Part shown: positions 13,114-29,801 of the stretch, one piece after another
Layout of the letters: every line of letters begins with the position of its first letter
Position numbering within the stretch: position 1 is the first letter of the stretch
The notes under the pieces: model-generated
Database searches by the model: none
The model's input: the letters and a program-made list of their open reading frames with translations, nothing else
Told to the model about the DNA's origin: nothing
Made by a program: the position numbers and the translations under genes
From: Syncephalis fuscata S228
Taxonomy: Eukaryota; Fungi; Zoopagomycota
Assembly: GCA_025786725.1 (NCBI GenBank)
Contig: JAHLTZ010000011.1
Span: 248,001-312,000, forward strand
Reading direction: 5' to 3'
Length of the DNA: 64,000 nucleotides

Positions 13114-14736
13114 ATGCGTTTACCCAATGTTCCACATGAGCCTACTTTGCTTGTGATATCACGTTTTCTATTCATAGCAATAGGAGTTACTGGGCTATCA
13201 TTAATTATGATTGTAGAGATAACCCGCTTAATTGAACAAAAAGATATTTATCAAGTGGAATATTATGCCAAACACCTTTCTGTGCCAACTATATTGTTTC
13301 GAGCAGTAGCAGTGCCTAAAGTACACATAATGCACGATTTCAGAATTATTACTAATTCATTAGTCAACAATACAAATTTCTAGATATTAAAAAGTAATCG
13401 AACGTGTTGAATGGAATCAGAATGTAACCGATTTAAGTTATCGAACTCGAGATTGGGAGCAAGTATTGTATGAGGAAATGCTATCTCCTTCACTAAATAA
13501 CGCACGACTTAATATGGAGATCATAAATTCTAATATCAACCATGTTTTCGTTCCAGTATCTCAAAACAGTTCCAAAAAGTCTGTCATAGGCAACAAACTT
13601 GTTACTGAAGTTAGAATGAGAATCAGAGCAATTATCCCAGATGATAGAATATCTGTTACTATGAAAATTCCTGATTTTCAAGCCGATATGTTTGTTATTG
13701 ATAATCCCAATTTACTTAATTCAACAAAGCGTGGTAAATCATTTGATTTGGCCACACTTGATTCCAAGTCTCGTTTTACTTTAAAAAGTGGAATCAATTT
13801 TGTGATCGATTTTATTGAAACCTACACGGAAAAAGACAATAAGACTGAAAGAATGCGTGATTTTGGAGTTTATGAACAGCTGGGACCAGATCCAACGATA
13901 ATAGAGCTTACCATTGCTGCTCGTAACAAACCGTCTGCCGATAGAAGTGGGTTTATGGTAAAAAAAAGAACTGCACGACGCCCAGTTAGCTTGTTTCAAG
14001 CATTTGGTGCAGTTGGTGGTGCTATATCGCTTTTTATTGCTATGTTCACCGCACTAGTTGGTCAACGTCGTCTCCGACCATGGGGAATTGTTCAACGGTA
14101 CCTTATGCGCAACAAAATGCTCAGTCTTTTACCGCAGTTTATGATCAGCATCAAATCTTATTATTGCCCTAAATTTAAGCGCAAACCAGATACTGGGTGA
14201 CCCTTTTACATACGCCAAGCCCATATCAAATTAATGTAAAATTTAGTCCATCAATGCCTGTTTATAATCCATATCGACCAAAATCGCCAAATAATAATGA
14301 TATACCTCAGAATATACCGTCTATAACAATTAGTGGTGAGAAAGAAGATTCAAATACTATTGGTACTCGTGTCAATGAAATCAATGAACATAAGGCATTG
14401 ACGAGCGCACAAATGGAACAGTTTGCAATAATGTCAAATCGACTTGCAACACTTGAAGGAAATTCAAGTATAACTAACTGCAATATAATGTCAACTCAGC
14501 CTGCAACATTTGCAAATAATCCAACTATAAGTAAAAATAGTATGATGTCAAATACATTGACACCGGGTAATATAAGCTTATCGAATACCTCAACTACGCA
14601 AAGTAACAAAACATTTGTATCTACATTGGATGCGTCGCCGCTTGAAACTCGAGTAGCAAATCTCGAGACTTTCCAATATCGATTAGAAACATTTTACTTG
14701 TCATCTGACTTGCTTAAAGACACGTCATTCAATTAA
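13114..14736 (+). CDS. Uncharacterised membrane protein with two TM segments around a large loop and a PWGIVQ motif
   Basis: TM1 FLFIAIGVTGLSLIMIV. Probable intron 13321-13383. TM2 FGAVGGAISLFIAMFTALVG is followed by RLRPWGIVQRY. Frameshifts near 13410-13460 and 14150-14200. Confidence 0.65.
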
Positions 14737-15220
14737 TGTTTACAATAAACTATTGGTTATATTCATAATAGCAATAATAAGTAATAAATAACAATTGCTT
14801 ATTAATCTTATTTGTAATAGATAGATTCAACAATCATCATTTATTGAAAAGATCTCTCTTAATCTTTCCTTCTCTTTTTTATCATTGGTATTATCATTAT
14901 AGCATCACTGCATCTTCCATTACTTGTAGCCAGAGGTGGCACAGTAAAAAGAAATAAAAATGCAAGTGAGCGAACGAAAAGGAAACGTAGACATGTAAAG
15001 TAAAAGACAAAAGAGAACGAAAAAGATAAAGAGCAAGAGAAAAGATGGATGAATAGATGGATGGCTTTAACCATCAATGCAAGCCTTACTCCAAATAGTA
15101 GTTGGTTGGTTTGGTGTTAAAGGAGAAGGAAATTCAGTTATCATGAATCAAAAAGAGAAAAACTAATAAGAAAGATTGGTCACTTTTCGTTATTATTGTT
15201 ACTAGTGCCATTGTTATTTA

Positions 15221-17633
15221 TCATTGGCCACCACGATTCATACTACTAGCCATTGAAAGATGACCAGAGTCGCGTGAATCGTAAGTAAATCCAATAAAGT
15301 GGTCCTGTATCGTTTGTGATAATTGAGATTCAGTCACGACCGAGTCTTCTGGACGTTCACTAGTGAATTCCGGATCGAAATTTGTTGTATCAGTGGCAGA
15401 CGACTAATTAAAAGATATCATTAGTTTAAGTGAATTCGAATAACATGCATGCATTATTATATAATTGATTACAATAAAAATAACATAGTACGCTTTTCTA
15501 AATACTTACCACACTTGGTTTAAAGGGAGGCTGGTACTTTTTGGCCAATAGCTTGCCCCAGTCAATTTCGGCAAAGAAAGGATGAGATTTAATTTCCTCT
15601 GCACCTTTAACGCCTAGACGTCGATTAGGATCACGGTTAAGCAACTAGTAATAGTAATGATAAACAATTATAATTAATATTTGATCTATATGATATATAC
15701 ATAGCAACGATCTAATAGATAATCACTGGTGTTGTTGTTGTTTTTACACTTACACCAGTCAGTAATGAACGTGCTGCAAGACCAATCTCCTCGGGAAACC
15801 GTAATTCGTCTTGAAGAATTTTACGATACATTTCATTGGTATTTTCGTCGTAGAATGGCGGTAAACCGGTTAACATTTCGTAAAGCAATACACCAAGTGT
15901 CCACCAATCAACTACTTTAGTGTAGCCTTGACCGTACAAAAGTTCGGGTGCTAAATATTCCGGTGTGCCGCAGAACGTGTTTGTCTTTTCACTGGCCGTC
16001 ATATTCAATTTACATAGGCCGAAATCACAAAGGGCGATGTGTCCGTTGTAGTCTAAAAGAATATTCTTGAAACACAAATAAAAGGGTAAAATGAGTTGGT
16101 TGATTATTGATATTATTAGTATTGCTAATTATTGCTACTTACTTCAGGTTTAAGATCGCTATAATGGACAACAGATAAATAATAGACATATTATATATTT
16201 ATATCGTATATTTATGTTAAGCTTATTAGTTTAAACTAAACTAAAGCATTGCTGCTTACCGGTAAATAATATCGTATTTGTGCAAACACTCTAATGCGCA
16301 TAACAACTCGGCTGCGTAGAACCGGCTACGCCGCTCGTCAAATCGACCTTCTTGCTGAAGATGATGGAAGAGCTCGCCGCCATTAACAAACGCCAGTACT
16401 AAATAGAGTTTTTCTGGACTTTGGAAGCTGAACTTTAGAGGAACAATAAATGGATGGTGAATTCGAGCTAGTACTGATCGTTCGGCCAACGTATGGTGTA
16501 CTTCACCGCGTTGGACAATTTTATCTTTTCGGATAATTTTCATGGCATAAATGCGACTTGTATCCTTTTTGCGCACTTGCATCACCTTGCCGAAGGATCC
16601 TTTACCAATGACTTTAAGTAGATCAAAGGTCTCAATCGATAATGGTGCATTCTGTACAGGTAGTTTAAAACATAGTTGTACGCGTAAATGACCTGAACCA
16701 CCGGCCAACGGATACCAATCATCTTGTACTTTCTATTAGTAGATAAATAGAAAGGTACATAAATAAATAGAAAGATAGATGATTAGTTTAATAGTTAATA
16801 GATATATGTATGTTTTAGTTTAAATAAACCAAATAGATGCTTCATTTTGCTTTCTTTCTATATCTACATCTCTATCAGCCATAGTCATCAATAACACATA
16901 CCTGATCTAAAAACGAAGGCATAATTTTAATAACACCTAAAAATGCGTCTTGATTGAACATTTGCTGGTCAGAGTTTGAATTATTATTCACAATGGGTGC
17001 TGTGGTGCGCATATACAATGAAACAAGTACTTCCGATTCGCGAGATACATCACTATAAACCAGAAAACAGACACATTATTAATAATCAATAAAATACTAT
17101 TATGTATTCATGCTAATTGCTAATTGCTACTTACAAATTTGCTCTGTATTTCCAGACGGGATTTGGAACATCACCGCCAAGTGCATCAATCTGCAGTTCA
17201 TTGCGGTCGAATTCCAGCACTACATAGGGCAGCCACCAGCTCTTTGATGTTGCTCCAGGTTGAACCTGTGCCGCTCGCTGTGCCAATTGCAAAGCATGAT
17301 TCGGTATAACAATGTTGCGTGCTTCAACTACACGGATAAGCAATGTGCCCGACTTGGCTGGTGGTGGTGCTGGCACCGGTGATGATGGAGCCATCATATT
17401 AGAGTTAGATGAGCCAGATGATGGTGGATGTGCACGATACTGTCCGCCGGAAGAAGAGCCACCTGATGGCAGACGTGCATGTCCATTGCCATCGGAATGG
17501 CCGTTACTCGCTTGTTCACTACCGCGTGACATCACGCCTGATCATCCATTAGCACTGATGTCTGCATAGCATTGACTAGCGCGTTATCCGCCTATCATAT
17601 CTACTTACGCTGAGGAAGTCGCCAAGACGACAT
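15221..17633 (-). CDS. YPK1: AGC kinase, YPK1/Gad8 (SGK-like) with C2-like N-terminal region
   Basis: Start MSSWRLPQ. Motifs [43 protein letters not shown] and the C-terminal hydrophobic motif FIGFTY. Multiple GT-AG introns. Confidence 0.93.
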
Positions 17634-17738
17634 GGCTTAATACACTAGACCGGAATGAGTATGAGATAAAAATACGAACACCAAAACGAAAACACAGTAT
17701 AATAGCAATAGTAGTGGCGGTGACGGTAGTCGTGCAGT

Positions 17739-17789
<51 letters not shown>
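17739..17789. repeat. (GTA)17 microsatellite upstream of the kinase start codon
   Basis: Perfect trinucleotide run. Confidence 0.95.
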
Positions 17790-18670
17790 TAATAACTAGT
17801 AGTGTAGTATTGTAATAGTGGCTGTAGTGGCTATAGTAATAATTGTAGTAATAACGAGCAAACCGTAATACTAACACTATTGATTAGTAACAATAAGCGC
17901 AAAGTAGTAAATAAACGCAATCGTATTGAAAATACTATATATGCTATGTTTATTCTAAAGATGATAGATGAACTTACTGGCCGCTTACTTCTGACGAGTT
18001 AAATAACGCACGTGTTGCTATACAGCACTAGCACAACAAAAGATGAAATAACCAAAGGCTAAAGCGATAGAAAAGTACGAAGAGAAGAGGAGAGACGAGA
18101 AGAGAAAGAGAGAGAGAAAGAAGCAAGTAAACGCACTGAAAGGCAAAGTAAAAGAGTGTTTTTGGACTTGCACAAATGTTAAGAGATGAAGAGCGAGTAA
18201 GTAGTAAGCAGGTGAGTGAGCGTGGTTGGTCAACGAAATAAGTAAGTGTGTTGTTATCTGTCTGTGTATATGTGTGTGTGTGTGTGTGTGCTGTTGTTAA
18301 AAGGAAAGAGTCCAAGGGACAAGTCCGTCAAAGTTGGTGGTGATACACGTTCTCACACACGCACACGCGCACACTCACCGAGAATGAAATAGGTTAAAGA
18401 GAGAGAGAGAGAGCGGATAAATGAATGAAGAGTGAGGAGTAGATTGAGTGTGAGAGGACCACATGTTATATGTGGATATTCATCTCATGTGTGGATGAGT
18501 GAGCGAGTAAACACATCAATTGAGAAATGCCCTTTTCCATTTTGGTGTTCCGCCTCGGGCTTGATATTTTTAAATAAGATTCCTCGAGTATTTTAAATAT
18601 TGGTAAAGACGCCACCATTGTAAAGATTGAAGGGCACGTATTTATTCAATCTCAGTAAATAAGCGTGTCT

Positions 18671-19914
18671 ATGGAAGAATCCAGCGAGAGTAAGTCACTC
18701 GATCTAAGTCAATTAACGGTTTCAACACGTCTGCCTGTGGGATTAGACGCCGTTATAGCAGCTAGTGGTCGACAACTTTATTTGACGCAAGAACACGAAA
18801 CGAGGGATGGTGTATTAACTACTCGACAGGCTGTTACGACGGCCAGTGCGGCTGTCGTGCAAGACTTGACGTATGGCCTGGCCGGTAAAGTTTGGGACGC
18901 TGCGTATCTCACTGCACTTTACCTATCGGTGCCGATGATGGAGGCCACCTCGGCAACTAGACCCCGAATTACGTTGGTGCCGCCTCCATCGCCAGTGCCA
19001 CTTTTTGCACCAGTGCCACCACAAGGTTTAGCCAAGGCGGCTGTGGAGGTTGATAGACGTCAACATTCATGGAAGTTACTTGAGCTTGGCAGCGGTACCG
19101 GCTATTTAGGCTTGCATGTGGCGCAGCAGCTGGCCATGGCTGCACAGCTTAATCCATACGATGCACCAACGGCCGATATCACGCTAACCGATCTACGTGA
19201 GGCCCAGCCACTACTACAAAAGAACATTTGGCTGGCTGCTAATCATGATCTACCTGCTACTGCTAATAATAATAATAATAATAATACCGATGCCGTATTA
19301 CTTGGTGACCGAGTATCTGTACGAACTCGACCACTTCATTGGGGCAGTACATCAGATGCTGATTCGCTTAAAAGTGAATTGCTACCAGATCAGTCTGAAT
19401 GGGATCTAGTAATTGGATCGGATTTGGTTTATTTTCCTGAATTATATGAACCACTTATTAAAACGCTTTGTCAGGTAAATACAGATATAGATATGTATAT
19501 AACGTAATAATAATTATAAGTCTATAAACTAAATGATATGACAAGGTATGTTCTATGCGAACAACACTAGTTTTGGGCTGGCGATGTCGTCAATTATGGC
19601 GCGAATCACCATTTTGGGAACAATTTGGCCTTTATTTTACATTTGAGGCTGTACGGGTTCAATCAATACCAAAACCAGTATCCAATAATGAAAATGACAG
19701 CGATAATAGCGATAACCGTAACACTAATGAAAATAGCGATAATACTAATGACAATAACGATAATGAAGAGTATTTTTTGGGAGAAGAACAGGATGCATGG
19801 GTGTTTGTAGCACATAAGCGACCGATAAACACTGACGAGCCATTTAATTCGGAATTAAAATATAGAGTAGATGATCAATTAGCACGTTTATTATTGGCTA
19901 GAATACGTATTTAA
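18671..19914 (+). CDS. METTL21/Methyltransf_16-family protein lysine methyltransferase
   Basis: GLAGKVWDAA, LLELGSGTGYLG, ITLTD, LHWG, DLVIGSDLVYFPELYEPLIKTL. One intron at about 19475-19545. Confidence 0.88.
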
Positions 19915-20092
19915 ATAAGCGAAATTATTTTACTTTAAACTTTGAGCTCTATGTTTTTTTGAAAATAAAATATATAAAGTTTAGTAAAATTCCATTGAAG
20001 TTAACGTAAGTATTATTACATATTAACGAGCCTTATTGTAGGTCAAAACTAGTGTAATATTAGTCATATGCTTATTATTTTCAATACATTAA

Positions 20093-20766
20093 TATTAAAC
20101 AATTTATTAATGCTTTAGAATAGCTTGAAGATCAAATGACTAAATTTGACAACATTCAATTTATTGAATATAATGGTGGATGATGAGTGATATCAAAGCT
20201 TAAATACTTATCATCATAGATTCATTGTTCAATATGCATATATCTCTTTATATCGTTACAATGTATATCTATAAAAGTATATACATTATGTTGTTATAGT
20301 TTCAATTACATATAGTTTGCTAAATGAATGAGGTAAAATGAGTTGAGATTTGATAATAATAAAACTAGAACAACAATAAAAACAGTTTGAATAGAGGAGG
20401 ATTAAGAGAGCATAGGTTGATATATAAAATGATAAATGTACAGTAAGAAAGCATATAAACAATGTTAAAGTTACCGTGTGTATAATGCATTGAGGGAAAT
20501 GAGTAAAGTATATTGGAACATGTAAACAATAGAATGTATCTAGTATATTGTAGAATGATACGTAATAGCACGGAATAGAATGGGAATGGTATAGATGAAC
20601 CAAGGATATATTAAATAATGAGTCTACAATAATGATATTTAAGCTTTGTTATCATTTACCATCCATTATCATGTTCACTAGAACGATTGTTTAGTTTAAA
20701 TGTGTAATAGTCGATATAATCATTTAATCTCCAAACTATTCTAAATAATTGATAAACTGTTTAATA
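20093..20766. mobile_element. Older, degenerate foldback/MITE-like element with ~145-160-bp inverted arms (20093-20235 and 20608-20766)
   Basis: tattaaacaatttattaatgctttagaatagcttgaagatcaaatga aligns with the reverse complement of tcatttaatctccaaactattctaaataattgataaactgtttaata. caaagcttaaata pairs with tatttaagctttg. Confidence 0.65.
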
Positions 20767-21749
20767 GTTGTAAAAGAATGGTTATTTTTATTTAATTAAT
20801 AAATGAGATGATAGATGCAATTGATAACACAAATCATAACCGAATGGCATTGTACATGTAAAGAATATGAATAAATTGAAATACCATTAAGAGTTGTTCA
20901 AATGGTGGAATGAAAAAAGAATAAAAACCAGCCATATAAAAGCAAGCATAATCATAAAGCATGTCATCAGTAAATTGTTGAGTATAATAAGAAGAGTAGA
21001 TAACAAACAGTAAAAATAAGTATGTTTATAGTATAGTGTCGTCAATAAATCACTGGCAGCATTACCAAAACGAGTAATCTGAATAGATTACTACTTAAGA
21101 GTTGTCGTTACATAGTGCTTCAGTTAACATATGTAAAATGTGACACACCAATACATTTACAAAAGTAAATATCCTACTAGCTAAATAAATAAACAAACAA
21201 AATGTATCCATTTTAACAAGTCTGCATTCATCACAATTGTGTGTACAAATCTGACTACAGAAACAATATACAATTTATTTTACATTTAGTTTATTTGTTT
21301 ATTATTATTTTATTAAACATATGTTGCAATGTTATATTAACCACATGCACATACATATAAAACAAAATACTGGTTGACTATGCAACTATCCCAAGGCCAA
21401 CTAGTCTAGAATGGGAAGGGTACATACAAGGAAACTGCATGGTGTATGGCAAACTCCGTCATCCGCGCCTGTATGCATAATTCATTCGCACCAAATTGAT
21501 AGCGCACACCTATCATGCATACAGGCGAATATATCTATCCACGCACACGCACACGCACACAACACACATATACGCAGACACACTCGCACACACGCACCCT
21601 TAAACACTTTGTTATCCTCTTTCCATCTCGCTACTCTCTATTGCGATCCGCTTTCTTTCTCAACCGTACCACTTATTGCCTATTTGTTTTGTGAATATGA
21701 CTTATACGGAGGTCCATGAAAGACCCGAGAACACGCACAACCATCTACG

Positions 21750-23815
<2,066 letters not shown>

Positions 23816-24165
23816 ACCACCCGTCTATTCCACTTTTTTTCACTATTTCCTATATGATTTACGTTATACACTAGTATCATTTGTGACTATGATGTAGTGC
23901 TATCACCTTTACTGTTGTTGCTGCTGTTGCTGTGCCATGCTGTTACTGTTGTTGCTGTTATGTGATTGTTCTCTTTGTAATGGCTATTGTTACAGTTATT
24001 ACTGCACAATGGCTAGAATGGATCCATCAACTATCCATATTGGCTATTTATTTGTCAATAAATGATATTGCGAAAAATTATAGTTTATACTACAAGTCGA
24101 TGAATCTAATGTAAATAATAATTCTAAATAGATAGTTAATGTAATTATTTATTAATAAAATGGCT

Positions 24166-27100
24166 TTATTTATCTGTTGTTGAAGAGACGGATGGAAGAG
24201 AGCGAATATGTGCTCGGTAGTATAATGTAATGTCACCGCCAGATTTCCATACAAATGCCCGTACTGTAGCTAGTGTCATTGTAGGTGGTAGAATCTAAAT
24301 TATATATATATATATACATTAATATTTATAAACAATTATATTCATATACTTGCCTTTTCTTTGCACAGTAATTCTAGCCATGCTTCAGGCTTTTGATGAT
24401 GGTTATTACTGTTATTGTTATTGTTGTTATTGGCATCATCATTAGAGTTGGCTTTACTATCTCGACAATTTGTTGAACGTGATACTGGCTCATCAGGTGT
24501 ATCAACTTGATTTGATTGATCTGTTGCCAAATCTGGCAGTTCCAATCGATCCAATATATAGGAGAGTACTTTACGTATACGTAATGCTCGATTCGCCGTT
24601 AATCGAACCGAACTATTATTAAGTAATAAGTAAATAGTCTATTCATTAATATTGCTTTGTATTAATCTTACCCCTTGGATAGATCGGGTAAACCAGAATC
24701 TGGATAGGGCATTAGTACAAAACTAAGTCGAACAGGCTCTCGAGGCGGTATTGCATTCTAGTTTATTCACTTGTCGTTAGTCATCAATACTTTATAATAG
24801 TAACATTTAAGTTTACTTGGAATAAAAAGTCCATTAACCAATTGGGCAACGTAGCCTCTAGTGTCATATTATCCGCAGATGTATCACCAAGTTGAGCACG
24901 GTAAATATCTGAAGACCCACTGGCTTCTTGTGATTCTTCAATAACTGCTACAGTCACTTCATTGGGCAGTTGTAGTTTAGGCGTATCCGGCCCATAGGGC
25001 ATGCCATTGGCCAATGTATCCGCTGATAAAGGTGGTCGTCGTCGAACAATAGAGGATGACGATGAAGGTTGATTCACCATAGTAGATCCAGTGACCGTGG
25101 TTGTATCCCCAAATGTGACGATGTGTATGAGAACGTGTAGGTGAATTTAAATCTTCAGAATAAACAGTTGTATTGGCACTAGGTAGAACTGATGAGGATG
25201 ATGGCTGTTGTTCTGTATCTAATTGAGATGAAGCCGGTAATGAAGTCGATACAGTTAATCCACTATTCGTTTTACTATTCTTATCACTTGATCCAATAGC
25301 TAAAGCTGCTTGTTGACGAGAATTTGGTCGTTTAATTGAAAAGCTTTTTAATCTACGCATAAATCCACTACCACCACTACCACCATTATTGTTGTTATTG
25401 TTTTATTGTTATTATTGTTGTTATTGTTACTATTATTCTTTTCAGTAGAAAAAGTGGGTGGTGGTGGTCGAATAGAAGTAGTTGAGTTGCATTGGCCGCT
25501 GCTTCTGCCGCTACAAATGGATCATTGTAATTCTTTCTTAATGGCTGACCTACTGGTTCAGTATAAGAGCGTAATTAGTGATAACATAGTTGGTGGCTTG
25601 GATGACATAGTTGTATTATTCGTATGATTAGCATCAGTTATAGTAGTCGTAGTAGTCGTATTGGTAGTGGTAGTAGATGTAGTATTCAATGTTTTCGATA
25701 CTACCTCTTTTTTAACACTAAAGTAGTCTTCACCCACTGATGCACGATGTACATTCTCGGGTCGACGTGGTTCCCCCGAGAAACTGGCCCCTTTAATCAT
25801 GGTATGAGTTGGTGAAGAAGGACTGCTTGGTGGACTGGCCATTATGGTGGGTGGTAATTCAGGCGATGTAGTACAGCTAGGTGGTGCAGAAAATACATGT
25901 GGATTTGGGTGAGTTAATTTAGTAGGTGAAGATGGTATGAATTGTGGTGCAGATATAGTCATTGTAATGGACTTGTAGTTGATGTTGGTGGTATCGGTGT
26001 TACTACCAAAGGTGTATCAATATCTAAAGGTGTTGAAGATGAATTGACTTCAGTGGTGTCAAGTGATGTGTTTTCTTGATCTTGGGTCTGTTTATTTGTA
26101 CTTTCTATTTGTTGTTCTACCAATGGAGAAACTGATTCAGAAAGTACTTTTTCATCTTCAATTAACTCTTGTAAATAGGCATCGGCAAATCTGGAGAATA
26201 GTCCACGTAATATCCATTTTCCAAGATTAACTAATCAATAATTGTTTATATTAGATATCATTCTACAGTCTAATATCTACGAGTATTTACCACGTTGTTC
26301 CTCCAAACGATCACTAGGAAGGGCATCTGGTGGTAGATTCAACTCATCTGCGTACACTTCTGCATCAAAACATCGTCGTTCATCCAGTGTTACGGTTAAT
26401 GACTAAATTAAAAAGTAAGCTATATCCCGCCAGTATATAATTGTATGTATATCAACTTACGCCAATCCTCGTATCAACTGAACACCAAGTAGGAACTGAA
26501 ATCTCTGTATTTATCTTATCTAAACATTGTTCAAATGGCTGTTCACCAAATGACTTGACACAAATACACTACAATGGAATAAGTATAGTTATTACTATTT
26601 AGTGGATCAATTACCCTTATAATATCCCATAATAAGACTTCACCGGCTGTGTTTTCCGTAAGTACCATACGACGATCATTAAGTATATGATATTTGATTA
26701 ACCCTCGTTTGCCTATATAATTTATGATTAGTGTTACATTTATAATAGTTTATATTATAGTTATATTATAGTTGTATTTACCATAGACAATAGTTTCAGG
26801 CATACTACGTAGTGGATGGGTAAAATTGCAATCACTACCAAGTGATACTTGATCGTGAATAATATGATCATTTTCATTTGTTAATAAAGTGGCTGGTGCC
26901 GTCTCTTCTAACGATGTAACATCTTCCATGTCAAAGGTAAGTGAGGCATCAAGTGAAGCTCTAGTGTAGGATGCTTCTTCATGAGAAATATCTTTCTATT
27001 GTTACATTCAATCTATTAATTAATTATGTACAAATATTAAAAACACTTGCCCAACAATGCAAATCAGAACTTGTGGTAGCGGTCCACAAATAACGCTCTT

Positions 27101-28678
27101 CACACCCAACAAGCTAATTAATTATATAATTAATATGTTATATGTTATATGTTATATGTTATATGTTATAACTAGTACCTTGTTAATACCTGATGTTTCT
27201 CGTAAAACAGGCACTACAAGAGCCTCTGTATCATCACTATCTAACCAGTGTTTAGTAACTAGACCATCTTTACTGCCTGCATAGAAACACCGCAGATGTG
27301 GATCTTCACTTAAAAGTGACCAAATAGATTCGTTATCCCGTGAATTGTAAGTGGCCACACATCGACCAGCTACTAATGACCATAGTTTAATGGTTGCATC
27401 CGATGACGCAGATAGCGCCTAATAAGCAGTATTGTATTACTACAAATTAATAGTAAACAATATCGACAACTACTTACGGTTCGTCCATCATCACTAATTA
27501 ACAAAGCACGAACCAATTCAGTATGGCCTGCCAAAACGGCAATTCGTCGACCAGAACGAGGATCCCAAACACGAATAAGCTAATTAATATAACATTAGTG
27601 TCAATATCAATCTATTATAGTGTTCATCTAATTGATTCCATTATATTGTTACCTTATCAGGTGCACCCGCCATTAATAACTGGCCATAAGCATCACATGC
27701 CAAAGCATAGACAGATGCCGCTTCAGATTCTTCATTAAATGAAACTAAATAATATTAAATAGTTAGTGATCTATTCTAACAATGCTTATTCACATATATA
27801 TATATATATTTACCAATAGGCTGATGAAAAGGACGTGTCTCTCCCAAATCCCATACGCAAACCTGTCGATCAAGTCCACCGCTTGCCACCCAGCCTGCAT
27901 GGCGTGGATAGGCCAGCGCCCGCACATAGTCGCGGTGAATAGCAATGGTCCGTGTATGGCGCCCAGTAGTGTCAATATCCGGTTGCCATAGTTTTACCGT
28001 TCGGTCCGATGATGCACTTACAACTAAGTGTATAATCAGTATTGTCGTCACAGTAACTATTTATGTTGTTTACATCATTATTGTGTTATAGTTACTTACC
28101 CGAGGCGCCTTGATGACAAACAACAACATCATTAACCCAATCAGTATGGTGTTGACTAGTAGCATATAATTTTGCCGACTATTCTTTTATATTAATAACT
28201 ATACAATTTACCATGGATGGCTATCACTTACTTGTAGTGTTTCAGCAGCCATTGAATTACGTTTAGATGCCATAGAGTTTCTCTTTAGTGCCGAGTCATC
28301 CATGGCATCTGCTGTGATAGATGCACTTGTCATATCCGCCGTGTTTCTATGGCGTTCAAGGTTCCAAGCCGCGACTACACCATCTCTCCCCGCCGTATAG
28401 AGTCGTGCTGTTTCTAAGTTGCTCGTTTCATTTAGGTGCGATTCCAATTTTTTCGTCTCGCCTTTACTATCGCTACCTTCTAGCGCTAAATCTGATCTAT
28501 CAAGGCAGGAGCTGTATAATGCTAGTGCATTAATCCCTAGTGAATGACCAACGCCATGACTCGTTTTGTCAGAAACACCAAGTGTCTTTCCGAAAGCAGG
28601 GTTAGTCTCGCCTACTGTGGCTGAATCGCAATGAGGAATGACGTAGTTAATGCGACGTCTAGCTTGTCGTCGCTGCAT
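24166..28678 (-). CDS. WDR48: WDR48/UAF1/Duf1 deubiquitinase-activating WD40 protein
   Basis: N-terminal [53 protein letters not shown]-terminal [33 protein letters not shown]. Confidence 0.9.
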
Positions 28679-29801
28679 AGTGGATCAGTAAGTTCATGTG
28701 TGGATAGAAAGAAGCAAGAAATACCGCAGATACAAGCTATGCTTATCGGCGGTTACAAATAAAGAATAAGCAATATCTTGTACAAATAGAATATAGGTGT
28801 AGTAGATGTTGAATTCAAAGCAATAGAACAAGTAACTAAAAGGGTATTAGTAGGATGGTGTCCTTTGTTTTATTATAGTGTTGCTTCTCATTATGGAATA
28901 TTACCCATGTACAGGGACGACAGAGATATTCAGTTAGTTACTGTTTTGTGATATGCGTGGGCAAATAGTTGATATTGCTGCAGTAGCAACATTGTTACAA
29001 GGCCATGCTTTAAACATGATTATGCAAGAGACTAGCCGTGTAATAAGCTATTATTTTACATCTAGGCTAATAGATAGTATTACAGTTGACAAATACAAAA
29101 TAAAGCTTATTTTTACGTTATGGCCTATTCATCACTAGACTTGTCCTACATATATCGTGTCTTTGGTTTGTGCTATTTAATTTACTTTTTATTTATATTA
29201 AAAGAGAATAACAGTTTTGTATAGGGAAAGGCTAGGCGATTACAAAATGATATATAATATAATGGATATACAATGTTGAAGCTGCAGTGTTTATAACGTA
29301 ATAACTAGACCGAGTGAAGTATGTTGGAATATAAAAAACTAGAATATATCTAGTATATCATAAAATAGTATATAGTAATATGAGATAAAATGAGAATAAT
29401 TTATATAAATAGATCATATAAATACTGGATAATAAATGGCTATTAATGTATTTAATAACATTAGTATAAACATATTTAAATTAAATATCGATAATAATAC
29501 AAAATAATATTGTAATACAAAATAAGTGATTAAATAAAGTATTGTAGCAATGTACGTTTTATCTCTCCGTAAATTGCTTCTCTTCTAGGCTGAAATCTAC
29601 TTTAATCTCCCAGGGCAGCAAATCATTTTACGCAATCAATTGTAATAAATTAAATAGCTTAAATTGCGTTTAAATAATCATTTACAATAAGCATTAATGT
29701 AATATAATAACATTATCATTTTCATAAAATAGAATTAAATGTAACAGAACATTGTATCGATAGCTGCTATTTTAAGCATTTAAGTAAATAATGTAACATA
29801 C

